DNA of 64,000 bases from a virus (lineage: Duplodnaviria > Caudoviricetes), in IMG/VR virus record IMGVR_UViG_3300031912_000871, positions 23,322 through 87,321 of that record. One strand, given 5' to 3'. This document shows, piece after piece, positions 55,933 through 64,000 of the stretch (position 1 is the first letter of the stretch; each line of letters begins with the position of its first letter). The notes under the pieces are model-generated. The model saw only the letters and a program-made list of their open reading frames with translations, did no database searches and was not told the origin of the DNA. Both the position numbers and the translations under genes were made by a program.

Positions 55933-56307
55933 TCAGAACAGCGCGCCCACCGGGACGGCCACCGGCTCGGCCGTGGTGGTCGACGGGTAGAGGAACGACC
56001 GCATGTCGGCCAGCAGCTCGGCCTCCCACCGCTCGTCGGCCTCCCGGTCCGCCTCCGGGGTGAGCGCGTCCATGACCCGCTGAAGGATCGCCTCCAGGTA
56101 GAGGCCACGGGCGGCGCAGTCGTCGGCGGCCACGAACCGGAGCATGTCGGTGATGGTGGCGCGGGCCTCGTCGGCGCTGTGGTTGAGGCGGGCGCGGACC
56201 GGGGCGAGCACCTCGCGGGCCTCGCGGCCCCAGCCCTGCATGACGGAGCTGGCGAGGCCGTCGTTGAGGATCTCGGCGGCCCGGGCGAACATCGTGTCGG
56301 TGATCAT
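55933..56307 (-). CDS. Hypothetical early protein
   Basis: First gene after early cassette. Confidence 0.65.
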   Translation of the reverse strand: MITDTMFARAAEILNDGLASSVMQGWGREAREVLAPVRARLNHSADEARATITDMLRFVAADDCAARGLYLEAILQRVMDALTPEADREADERWEAELLADMRSFLYPSTTTAEPVAVPVGALF

Positions 56308-56334
56308 GGGGTCTCCCTCAGTTGAGCGGGTCGC

Positions 56335-56772
56335 TCACCCGCTTACACCCCAAAGTGTAGCACAGATTAGATACTGCGGCACTGGTGGGCCGCCCCTGAC
56401 GCAGACGGGCTCGGGCGTGCGGGGCCGGTTCGCCCGCTCCATGAGGACCCGGCGGTGGCACACGTCCCGCTCCCCCGGCTCGGGCAGCGGGCAGTAGCAG
56501 GCCAGGTCCCGGCCGACCAGCTGGTGCAGGTGTGCGAGCAGGACCACCCGGGTCCGCTCCTGCGGCGGCTTCGGCACGCCGAGCCCGCAGTCCAGCCACG
56601 CGGCGAACATCTCCACCGCCGCCTCTCGGGCGGTCTCGGGAACGGCGATGCCGCACGCCACGACGTCCGCGGCGGTGAACGGGTTCCCGAACCGGCTGGG
56701 CCGGGTCACGATCACCGCGCCGTCCGGCTTCCGCCAGCCCTTGCGGCGGAACCGCTGGATCGGCTCAGGCAT
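56335..56772 (-). CDS. DUF4326 protein
   Basis: IQRFRRKGWRKPDGAVIVTRPSRFGNPF...LVGRDLACYC...CH. Confidence 0.85.
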   Translation of the reverse strand: MPEPIQRFRRKGWRKPDGAVIVTRPSRFGNPFTAADVVACGIAVPETAREAAVEMFAAWLDCGLGVPKPPQERTRVVLLAHLHQLVGRDLACYCPLPEPGERDVCHRRVLMERANRPRTPEPVCVRGGPPVPQYLICATLWGVSG

Positions 56773-57049
56773 CGCTGCTCCCCTCGGGTCGCCGGCAGCC
56801 GTCGCAGCGGGAGCCGGGCAGGGCGTTGATGGGCCGGTAGCAGCCGGCGCAGGCCACCAGCTCGTAACCGGCCGGTCGGGACGCGGCCGGCGCGGCCGGC
56901 GCCGGGAGGTCCGGGGCGGGTCGGCCTTCCCGGGCGGCGGCGAGGGCCTCCCGGACGAGGGCGCCGCCCCGGGTGGCCCTCTGGCGGGCTTCGTCGGGGG
57001 TGCGCGGCTCGCGGATGGCCAGTTCCCGCTCCCACGGTCGGTGCCTCAC
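56765..57049 (-). CDS. Hypothetical protein with C-terminal CxxC...CxxC
   Basis: GTGA overlap; CAGC...CDGC. Confidence 0.55.
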   Translation of the reverse strand: MRHRPWERELAIREPRTPDEARQRATRGGALVREALAAAREGRPAPDLPAPAAPAASRPAGYELVACAGCYRPINALPGSRCDGCRRPEGSSDA

Positions 57050-58380
57050 CGGACGGCCGCCAGCAGCGACGGGTACTCCTCGATGACCTCGCCGTCCAGC
57101 TCGTTGCGGTGGCGCGGACCGCGCTGGAAGGTCCAGGACTCCCGGGTGTCGCCGCAGAACCTCAGCGTCCAGGCGGGGTCGTTCAGGACCAGCTGGGTCG
57201 GCGCGGGATGCCAGTCGCCCCACTGCTTGAAGAAGAACTTCGTGCCGGCGCTGTTCCGGCACTGGTCGCGAAGCGAGCGCGCCCAGTCGGGGTGCATCGG
57301 CCGACAGCCGGGGCCGGTTTCGCCGCCGACGACGACCCAGTGCAGGCCGAGCTGGTCGCGGACGTGCCGCTCGGTGAAGGAGGTGTAGCCCATGCTGCCG
57401 TCGGGCAGCGCGAGGCGACCGATGTTGTTCCAGGCGTGGATGTACCGGCCGGTGTGCCGGTCGGCGGGAGAGCCGGCCGGGCGCATGCTCGGGTGGGTCG
57501 TCCACTCCTGTCCGAAGGCGGGCGCACCGTTGTCGTGGGCGTTCTGCAGCCAGCGGCGCGGGCTCCTGCCGATGCTCTCCGACCAGAACGACTCGATCTG
57601 CTGGCGGGCGTCGGCCGGCACCCAGTCCGGCCAGGTCCACTCGTGCCAGGTGGCCGGGGCATCGGCCGAGTCGGCCGGGGTGCGGGGTGCCATCCAGGCG
57701 GTCAGGTCGACCGGGCCAAGGAGCGGTTCGGCGGAGATCCAGCGGACGGCCGCCGGGGTGTCCAGCAGCGCCGGGATGCGCAGGTTGGCGGTGGCCTGGT
57801 CCTCGACGCTGACCCCGATCCACACGTTCGGCAGCGGCGGCATCGGCTCGCCATCTGGCCGGTCCGTGATCAGCTTGATCGCGGCATCGATCCGCTCGGC
57901 CGGCACCCGCCTGTCTTCGGCCGGCGGCTCGGCGAAGGTCCGGACCCAGTCCCACACCAGCCGGGCGAACTCGGCCGACCGCAGGACCGACCGCATCCGG
58001 CCGTGCCGCTTGGTGAGCAGCTGGTAATGGTGCTGCGGGGTCAGCGCCATGACGGCGAACGCCTCGGCGATCACGCCGATCGGCACGTCAGCGTGGAACA
58101 GGTCGCTCATGGAGTTGACGAAGATCCGGCGCGGCTTCCGCCACGTCAGCGGCTTGTGGAGCCGGTCCTCGACCACCCGGACCTGCCCGGTCCAGTCGAG
58201 CCGGCCGGTCTCGTTCCGCTCGACCAGCCCGGCGTACGCGGCGGCGATCTTCGGGTTCGGGTTGCTCTTGCGGATGTTCGCCGTGGTGATGGCGTAGCAG
58301 CCGTCGCAGCCCTTGGTGACGCGCTCGCAGCCGAGGAGGAAGTTCCACGTCTCGTCGGTCCAGCCGATGTTACTGCTCAC
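57046..58380 (-). CDS. Gp37/Gp68 (DUF5131) family protein with internal insertion
   Basis: MSSNIGWTDETWN, GCERVTKGCDGCYA, RIFVNSMSDLFH, WIGVSVEDQ, SAEPLLGPV, WVVVGGETG, FFFKQWG. Confidence 0.9.
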   Translation of the reverse strand: MSSNIGWTDETWNFLLGCERVTKGCDGCYAITTANIRKSNPNPKIAAAYAGLVERNETGRLDWTGQVRVVEDRLHKPLTWRKPRRIFVNSMSDLFHADVPIGVIAEAFAVMALTPQHHYQLLTKRHGRMRSVLRSAEFARLVWDWVRTFAEPPAEDRRVPAERIDAAIKLITDRPDGEPMPPLPNVWIGVSVEDQATANLRIPALLDTPAAVRWISAEPLLGPVDLTAWMAPRTPADSADAPATWHEWTWPDWVPADARQQIESFWSESIGRSPRRWLQNAHDNGAPAFGQEWTTHPSMRPAGSPADRHTGRYIHAWNNIGRLALPDGSMGYTSFTERHVRDQLGLHWVVVGGETGPGCRPMHPDWARSLRDQCRNSAGTKFFFKQWGDWHPAPTQLVLNDPAWTLRFCGDTRESWTFQRGPRHRNELDGEVIEEYPSLLAAVR

Positions 58381-58642
58381 GCGATGCTCCTTGGGGGAAG
58401 GTGATGTGGAAGCCGTGCCCGAGCGGGCACGGGCGGACGGTGGGTGCCGCGCCGGTCGCGGCGGCGATCGACGCGGCGACCTGGACGGCGATGGACTCGC
58501 TGCCGAACCGGGCGACGCCGCGGCAGGGGCCGCAGCGGCGGGGCCGCTGGTGGCGGCGGGCGGTCCGGAGGCGGGGGCGGCAGCAGCCGGACAGGCCAGC
58601 ACGGCAGCGGCGGCACCGGCCGACGAGGACGGTGTGAGCCAC
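58370..58642 (-). CDS. Cys-rich hypothetical protein
   Basis: RBS GGAGAAACCC; CRRC, CGPC, RPCPLGHGFHIT. Confidence 0.6.
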   Translation of the reverse strand: MAHTVLVGRCRRCRAGLSGCCRPRLRTARRHQRPRRCGPCRGVARFGSESIAVQVAASIAAATGAAPTVRPCPLGHGFHITFPQGASREQ

Positions 58643-58658
58643 GGGTTTCTCCGATCGG

Positions 58659-58844
58659 TCAGGTGGCGCACGGGCAGAGGACAACGCGGGCGGGTTTGCC
58701 GCCTTCGGTGGTTCCGGTCCACACACGCCAGCCGGCGGCCCGGGCGGACTCCTCGCTGGAGCGCCGCCGGGCGCCGCATTGCTGGCAGGTCAGTCGCCGT
58801 CGTGGGGCGGCGGGCGGTGGACGGAACAGGGCTGGGGTGTGCAC
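58659..58844 (-). CDS. Small Zn-ribbon-like protein
   Basis: CQQC...AAGWRV...LCPC. Confidence 0.5.
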   Translation of the reverse strand: MHTPALFRPPPAAPRRRLTCQQCGARRRSSEESARAAGWRVWTGTTEGGKPARVVLCPCAT

Positions 58845-58849
58845 ACCCC

Positions 58850-59386
58850 TCAGCCGGGCTGCTGCTGGTGGCGCTTGCCGTAGAGCCGGGCGTGCATGTC
58901 TTCGGTCCACCGGTGCGGGGGCAGCCAGTTGTAGAGCGGGGTGAGGTCACCTCCGGCGACGCGGGCGGCGTCGTCCAGGGCGAGGGCCTGAAGGTTGAGG
59001 TTGTCGGCGATGACCGGGTGGTCGCCCTTGATGCCCCGGGCCAGTTCGCGGCGGCCGTCGGCGGCGGCGCGGAACGTCTCGGCGAGGACGGCGGTACCGG
59101 TGACCTCGGTGAGCAGCTGCATGCCGGCGTCGAGGGTCTCGCGCGCGGTGGCGGCCTCGGGGCTGGTCGGGTCGAGCCACACGATGGCGGTGGGCTGGGT
59201 GCCGCCGTGGGAGTGGATGTGCTCGGCGTCGGCGACGGTCCGCCACACGACGGTGGACGGCCGGTCGGACAGCCACTGCACGAGGGCGCGGCCTCCGGGG
59301 AGGGTGGCGCCGTAGGCGACGGTCCCGGTGCCGGACATGCCGGTCGGGTCGGCGTCGCGGCGCAGCGCGAACAGGCGGTCGATCAT
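58850..59386 (-). CDS. Hypothetical actinophage-type early protein
   Basis: FALRRDADPTGMSGTGTVAYG...HIHSHGG. Confidence 0.7.
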   Translation of the reverse strand: MIDRLFALRRDADPTGMSGTGTVAYGATLPGGRALVQWLSDRPSTVVWRTVADAEHIHSHGGTQPTAIVWLDPTSPEAATARETLDAGMQLLTEVTGTAVLAETFRAAADGRRELARGIKGDHPVIADNLNLQALALDDAARVAGGDLTPLYNWLPPHRWTEDMHARLYGKRHQQQPG

Positions 59387-59796
59387 GACGCTCCGATCAG
59401 GTCTGGGAGACGACGACGCAGGGCGGTCATCGCGGCCGAGGCTTTCCCACCAGCCCGCCAGCACCGCAGTCCCTGCCACTGCCGACGGGGGCTCCACCAG
59501 CGGCGGCGATGACCGCCCTGCGCGTGACAGCGGGCCCGCTGGTACGGGCGCGCTGTTGGAGGTCCAGGTCCGCCGCTCGGGCGGTGGTGGTGTGGCTCAC
59601 CGGGGCCTCCTCGCGGTGCCGGGTCGCTCACCCGATACCGATGTATGCGATTCTATGCGACACCCCAAGGTGTGGCAAGCCTTCGGGCCGGGTGCCTTGA
59701 CGGTGACCCCGTCCGGCCGCCCGCCGGGACGCAGCGGGCAGCCGGTGGGCGGGCAGTGCGCACAGACCTCCGCCTTGCCCGCCCCGACGTGTTCCA

Positions 59797-60747
59797 TCAG
59801 CCGTTGACCAGCCGCGCCCAGGTCTTCGACCCGACCACACCGTCCACGGTGAGGCTCTTGGCCTTCTGGAACGCGCGCACCGCGGCGGTGGTCTTCGACC
59901 CGAAGTCCCGGTCGACGGCGACGTTCCAGCCGGCCGCGACGAGCAGCGCCTGCGCCAGCGCGACCGCGAACCCGCTGTCGCCCTGCCGGACGGTCGCCTG
60001 ACCGGCGAGGGCCTTCGCCCACGTCTGGTCACCGACGATCCCGTCGACCGTGATCCGCTTGCGGGCCTGGAAGGACCGGACCGCCGCGTAGGTACGCGCC
60101 CCGAAGTCGCCGTCCACCTTCAACTGGTAGCCGTGCGCGACCAGGGCGCCCTGAAGCCGGCCGACCGCCGCGCCCTTCGAGCCCTTGCGCAGCGTCGGAC
60201 GGCCGGAGGTCGACGGCTTCGGCGCGGGCGGCTTCGGCTTCGCCGGCGCGGGCGGCTTACCGGTGCGGTACCGCTCGTAGTCGGCGAGGATCGTGCTGTC
60301 GGCGTACTCGCTGCCCGGATCGAACGACAGGTGCAGGTGCACGTCGCCGCTGTAGGACGGCTTCCAACCGGTCTTCTGGTTGTAGTGCCGGTTGTTGATG
60401 TTCCAATACTTGACGTGCGGGTACGCGCCGGCCTTCAGCCGTCCGAGGAACCACGTCTCGAACTTCTGCGGCTCGGGCACCCGGCCGTCGATGGCGTACA
60501 CCCAGCCCGACTTCGGGTAGACGGTCTTCCCGCCGATCACCGTGCTGTGGGAGCTGCGGGAGGTGTGGTCACCGGTGTTCTTCTTGTTCCAGTGCGCCGC
60601 GTTGCCCACCACGCCGAGGCACACGTACCCGTCGTCGGCCGACGCGGTGTAGAACTGCCACTCGTCCACGACCGGGCCGATCGGCCGCCAGCTGCGGGTC
60701 GTCTTGTAGTACGTGTCGTAGACCGTCCCGCCGGTCAGCGCGCCCAT
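59797..60747 (-). CDS. Endolysin: Zn peptidase-like catalytic domain plus two peptidoglycan-binding domains
   Basis: GDH...AID...HLHLS ligand pattern; two LRKGS/VDGDFG..T..AVR.FQ...VDG.VG..TW repeats. Confidence 0.85.
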   Translation of the reverse strand: MGALTGGTVYDTYYKTTRSWRPIGPVVDEWQFYTASADDGYVCLGVVGNAAHWNKKNTGDHTSRSSHSTVIGGKTVYPKSGWVYAIDGRVPEPQKFETWFLGRLKAGAYPHVKYWNINNRHYNQKTGWKPSYSGDVHLHLSFDPGSEYADSTILADYERYRTGKPPAPAKPKPPAPKPSTSGRPTLRKGSKGAAVGRLQGALVAHGYQLKVDGDFGARTYAAVRSFQARKRITVDGIVGDQTWAKALAGQATVRQGDSGFAVALAQALLVAAGWNVAVDRDFGSKTTAAVRAFQKAKSLTVDGVVGSKTWARLVNG

Positions 60748-60914
60748 CAGGCGTCGCCTCCGTCGGCCGGCTCGTCGCCCTCGCCCTCGTCGCTGTCGTC
60801 GGCCGGGCACTCCGGCATCAGCTCGGCGGCGGCGTCGAGCGCCTCGTCGGTCTTCTCCCAGGGCTCGATGTCCGGCGCCTGGGCGGTGTCTTCGGTGATC
60901 GGGTCGGCGTCCAT
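60747..60914 (-). CDS. Small acidic protein
   Basis: Leaderless ATG 27 nt from late motif; stop overlaps endolysin ATG. Confidence 0.6.
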   Translation of the reverse strand: MDADPITEDTAQAPDIEPWEKTDEALDAAAELMPECPADDSDEGEGDEPADGGDA

Positions 60915-60960
60915 GCCCGGCACCATCACCCCGGCTGGCGGTTAACGTCCCGGCCCTAGA

Positions 60961-61734
60961 TCAGCCGGTGGTGGACACCGATCCGACCTCCACGAGCAGG
61001 CCGATCATGGAGGACAGCGTGGCGGGGCTGGTGCTCGCGGTGTCACCGCCGTAGACGGTGCCGGCGGTCGCGTCACGGTGGCCGAGGGCCATCCGCAGGT
61101 TCGCGCTGCTGGTGTTGCGGCTGGTGCCGTGGTCGACGGGCTTCGTCCAGCCAGCGGCGAGGTTCAGCGCGGTGGGCGGGGTGCCGGAGCCGATCCGGGA
61201 GTGCACGTTCGCGAGGATCACCGACCCGGCGAGCGCGGCGGTCAGGGCAGGCAGGGCCAGGGAGCCGGCGTTCGCCGCGGTCGAGTTGGCGACCTGGCGG
61301 ATACGGTCCGCTCCGCGCAGCACGATCAGCTCCCATCCGGCAGTGATCGCTCCGGACGGGGTGAGCGGCGGCGGGGTGTCACCGGCCTGCAAAACACGCG
61401 ACCACAGGTAGAGGCGGGAGTTGCTGCCCTGGTCGAGTGGGGACACCGCCGGGTGTGGTGTCCAGTCCGGGAAGGGCGCGGACAGGGTGAGCGCGGTCGC
61501 GGACCCGTGCCCGAACAGCAGCGCGAAGTCCCCAGCCGCCCACCCGTCGGGGAACGCCAGGTCGAACGGGGTGTTGCGGGTGCCGCCGCCGGTGTTCCCG
61601 GAGGTGGGTGTGCCGACGACCGTGACCTGCGTGGCCGGCGGCCCGAACGGCACCGACGCGCCGGCGGCGTTGCGGTACCGGCCGCTGGTTGCTGCCACGA
61701 CCAGGCCGCCTGGGGTGCGGTAGCGGAGACTCAT
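60961..61734 (-). CDS. Beta-rich minor virion/fibre-associated protein
   Basis: ATG overlaps fibre stop; FPDGWAAGDFALLF motif. Confidence 0.65.
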   Translation of the reverse strand: MSLRYRTPGGLVVAATSGRYRNAAGASVPFGPPATQVTVVGTPTSGNTGGGTRNTPFDLAFPDGWAAGDFALLFGHGSATALTLSAPFPDWTPHPAVSPLDQGSNSRLYLWSRVLQAGDTPPPLTPSGAITAGWELIVLRGADRIRQVANSTAANAGSLALPALTAALAGSVILANVHSRIGSGTPPTALNLAAGWTKPVDHGTSRNTSSANLRMALGHRDATAGTVYGGDTASTSPATLSSMIGLLVEVGSVSTTG

Positions 61735-63743
61735 GACGGCTGGATCCAGATGTCGCCGGGGTTGACGGTCGGGTCGCTGCTGCCGCCGATGTAGATGACC
61801 GCGCCGGTGACGGCCTGGTACTCGGTGCCGTTCCACAGCCGTACGGTGGGCCGGCTGCCGAGGCCGGGCACGGTCGGCGCGGCGGCGGTACCGGCGAGGT
61901 CCCCGGCGAGCTGCACGATGCCGCGCGTGCCGGTGGTGGCGTCGGGGAGCCGGGCCACGGCGAGGGTGCCGGAGCCGATGTCGGAGGCGGGGTGGGAGTG
62001 CGATGCGGCCGCCGCGCCCGCTTCGGCCGGGCTGTGTGTGTGGCTGGCGGGCGCGGCCCCGGCCTCGGCCGGGCTGTGCGTGTGGCTCGCTGCCGCCGCG
62101 CCGACCTGCGCGGCGGTGTGGCTGTGCGCGGCGGCTGCCGCACCGACCTCAGCCGCGGTGTGCCCGTGGCCTGCGGCGGCGGCCCCGACCTGCGCGGCCG
62201 TGTGAGTGTGTCCGGCCGTCGCGGCCCCGATCTCAGCCGGCGTGTGCGTGTGGTCGGTCGCTGCGGCGCCGACGTCAGCGGCTGCGAGAACGACCACGCC
62301 GGTGCGGCCGTTCACGGACAGCACCGCGTCCGCCGGGGTGGGCAGCTGCTTCCAGCTGGCCAGCGCCGACGGCGGGTCGGCGGCGAGGATCAGCGCGCCC
62401 GGCAGGTCGGTGCGGATCGCGACGTCGCCGCGCTGTGCGGCCAGGGCCAGCATCTCCGCCTCGCTGGCGACGGTGAACACGTCGGTGATCGCGAGGGCGG
62501 GCAACTGGCTGGTGGGCAGCACTCCGCCGACGAGCGGGCCGGCAGGGCCGCCTTCGACTCCGACGGTGGAGGTGGGCACGTAGCCGGGGTGGGAGTGGAC
62601 GTCTTCGGCCTTCGTGGCGAGGGCCTCGGCGACTTCGGTCTCGGTGGGGTACCGGTCGTCGTGGTCGTGGACGGCAGGCGCGGCGCCGACGTCCGCCGCG
62701 GTGATCGCGGGTAGCTGGCTGGCGGTGAGCTGGCCGGACCCGTCGAGGGTGGCCACCCCACCGGCGGTGCCCTTCTCCACGACCGGCACGTACGGGTGCG
62801 CGTGGGTGGGGGCCTTCCCTGCGAGGGCGGCGTCTACCTCCACCTCGGTGTAGTAGCGGTCGTCGTGCTGGTGCACGGACGGGGCCGCGCCGACGTCGGC
62901 GGCGGTGAGCGCGGGCAGCTGCGCGGCCAGCAACCGTCCGGACCCGTCGAGCGGTGCGACACCGCCTGCCACGCCGACCGCGCTGGTCGGCACGTACGGG
63001 TGGGCGTGGTCGGCCGGGGCTCGGCTGGCGAGCGCCACGTCCACCTCGGACTCGGTGTAGTAGCGGTCGTCGTGGCTGTGCACGGCCGGGGCGGCTCCGA
63101 CCTGCCCGGCGGTGATGGGCGGGAGCTGCGCGGCCGGGAGCCGACCGGACCCGTCGAGGGACGCGACCCCGCCGGCCTGGCCGCGCGCCGACTTCGCCAG
63201 GTACCGGTCGGACAGGTCGACGGCGCCGGTGAGGCCGTCCACGGAGTCGACGGCCCCGCCGCCGCCCGGTCCCCCACCACCGGCGGGGAGGTGCTTGGCG
63301 GGGACCAGGCCGTCCGGGCCGAGCGGGGCGACGCCGTCGGGCTGGCCGACCTGCGCGGCGAGGACGTACGAAACCGTGCCGCGGGACGGTGTGGCCGGGG
63401 CGAGGTCGGCCAGGTTGACGGTGGCCGGGCCGGGCGGCAGGTGGATGTCGTAGGTGCGCGGCTGCGCGCCGGTGATCCGCTCGACTACCCACCAGGTCAC
63501 TCCGGCAGGGCTGACGGCCGGGCTGGCGACGGACGGCAGCTCCACCTGGAGTTGCCCGTCGACCAGCTCGGCGTCCACCTTCTTGGGGATGAGCACGAGG
63601 TCGTCGGCGGGCACCTGCACGGTGTCGCGGAGGCGGAAGGTGACGGTGCCGGCCGCGGGCGTGCCGCCCTGGTCGTCGGCCAGCTTGTAGGTGGCGTTGA
63701 CGGTGACGGGGGCGAGGTTCGGCGGGTACGACACGAGGGGCAT
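61731..63743 (-). CDS. Second tail-fibre-like protein with HxH and GGVA.LDG repeats
   Basis: Three ~68-aa repeats (GVASLDGSGRLPAAQLP...HDDRYYTE.EV) and HTHT.AEVGAA repeats. Probable start GTG 63734. Confidence 0.8.
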   Translation of the reverse strand: MPLVSYPPNLAPVTVNATYKLADDQGGTPAAGTVTFRLRDTVQVPADDLVLIPKKVDAELVDGQLQVELPSVASPAVSPAGVTWWVVERITGAQPRTYDIHLPPGPATVNLADLAPATPSRGTVSYVLAAQVGQPDGVAPLGPDGLVPAKHLPAGGGGPGGGGAVDSVDGLTGAVDLSDRYLAKSARGQAGGVASLDGSGRLPAAQLPPITAGQVGAAPAVHSHDDRYYTESEVDVALASRAPADHAHPYVPTSAVGVAGGVAPLDGSGRLLAAQLPALTAADVGAAPSVHQHDDRYYTEVEVDAALAGKAPTHAHPYVPVVEKGTAGGVATLDGSGQLTASQLPAITAADVGAAPAVHDHDDRYPTETEVAEALATKAEDVHSHPGYVPTSTVGVEGGPAGPLVGGVLPTSQLPALAITDVFTVASEAEMLALAAQRGDVAIRTDLPGALILAADPPSALASWKQLPTPADAVLSVNGRTGVVVLAAADVGAAATDHTHTPAEIGAATAGHTHTAAQVGAAAAGHGHTAAEVGAAAAAHSHTAAQVGAAAASHTHSPAEAGAAPASHTHSPAEAGAAAASHSHPASDIGSGTLAVARLPDATTGTRGIVQLAGDLAGTAAAPTVPGLGSRPTVRLWNGTEYQAVTGAVIYIGGSSDPTVNPGDIWIQPS

Positions 63744-63887
63744 GGTGGCCGCTCGGCCGGGTTAGCGTCCCTGCTCACCGCCCGCTGGCGGGTCGGCAGT
63801 CGACGTCGAGGGCCGGTGGAGGGCACCTATTCGACTTCTGCGCTATTCGTCGATCTTGGCATTCTCGGTGGCATGCAGCCGGCACTA

Positions 63888-63947
63888 CTAGGTATCGCCG
63901 GCCATGAGCTGCCGAAGGTGCCACCGGTAACCCATCTTCTTGATCAC
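63888..63947 (-). pseudogene. Truncated HTH-gene start
   Basis: MIKKMGYRWHLRQLMAGDT then two stops; start overlaps the stop of an upstream ORF ending QRALQDRLGRMWEA. Confidence 0.45.
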
Positions 63948-64000
63948 TACGCCTCCCACATCCGTCCGAGCCGGTCCTGCAAGGCGCGTTGCAGCAGCTG

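Larger units (their letters stand above)
12737..59677 (-). repeat. Dispersed early promoter plus GAGCG-loop hairpin cassette
   Basis: Hairpins at 12737, 15323, 45501, 45740, 53001, 53879, 54335, 55562, 56325, 59620; box TGCTACACTTTGGGGTGT at 15374, 45757, 53020, 54354, 55580, 56345, 59660 (three of them variant). Confidence 0.85.
11565..63771 (-). promoter_or_regulatory. Dispersed late-promoter motif family (GGGACGYTARC)
   Basis: Plus-strand copies starting at 16482, 22358, 27958, 28679, 30652, 31907, 35355, 37297, 39854, 60941, 63761, plus 11565; all precede minus-strand transcription units. Confidence 0.8.
1..63780. mobile_element. Temperate phage / conjugative plasmid hybrid element (left boundary not in window)
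   Basis: Shared GGAGACCCC RBS style across the transfer and early modules, and shared promoter motifs across the replication, early and virion modules. Confidence 0.75.

Noticed and set aside
12737-59677. Repeated hairpin cassettes as CRISPR array
   Set aside because: Dispersed over 47 kb in front of genes, no regular spacers, no cas genes.
1-64000. tRNA, tmRNA, rRNA genes and parAB
   Set aside because: No cloverleaf with T-loop consensus or ParA/ParB motifs recognised by eye; tRNAscan-SE would be needed to exclude tRNAs.

Overview
High-GC actinomycete-type DNA. Nearly the whole window reads as one temperate siphovirus-like element fused to plasmid-type functions. (i) 1-6.5 kb: mycelial conjugation module (FtsK/TraB translocase plus spread-type membrane proteins). 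(ii) 6.7-9.0 kb: XRE-DUF5753/DUF397/MFS operon. (iii) 9.5-15.3 kb: replication and recombination (initiator, DnaC/IstB-like ATPase, RHH protein, WhiB-like protein, YqaJ exonuclease, RecT). (iv) 16-44.5 kb: complete minus-strand head-tail module (TerL, portal-MuF fusion, prohead protease, HK97-type capsid, a metallopeptidase cargo gene with partner, connectors, major tail, tail chaperone with GGGGGAA frameshift, tape measure, Dit, minor tails, tail fibre with S74 chaperone, holin-like genes), interrupted by an XRE/HExxH-peptidase/membrane triad. (v) 46.9-49 kb: dif-like site plus Xer-type recombinase. (vi) 49-59.6 kb: small early genes behind repeated promoter-hairpin cassettes. (vii) 59.8-63.7 kb: a detached endolysin/second fibre cassette, then a probable junction with another element. 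Two cis-element families recur: a putative late promoter (GGGACGYTARC-N12/13-TANNNT, often feeding leaderless genes) and an early promoter with a GAGCG-loop leader hairpin. The most novel-looking item is a ~1 kb hairpin-packed, apparently non-coding unit at 29.62-30.63 kb with its own late promoter, a candidate large structured RNA. All family assignments are from motif recognition by eye; no database searches were run. Many starts were re-called from RBS or stop/start overlaps.
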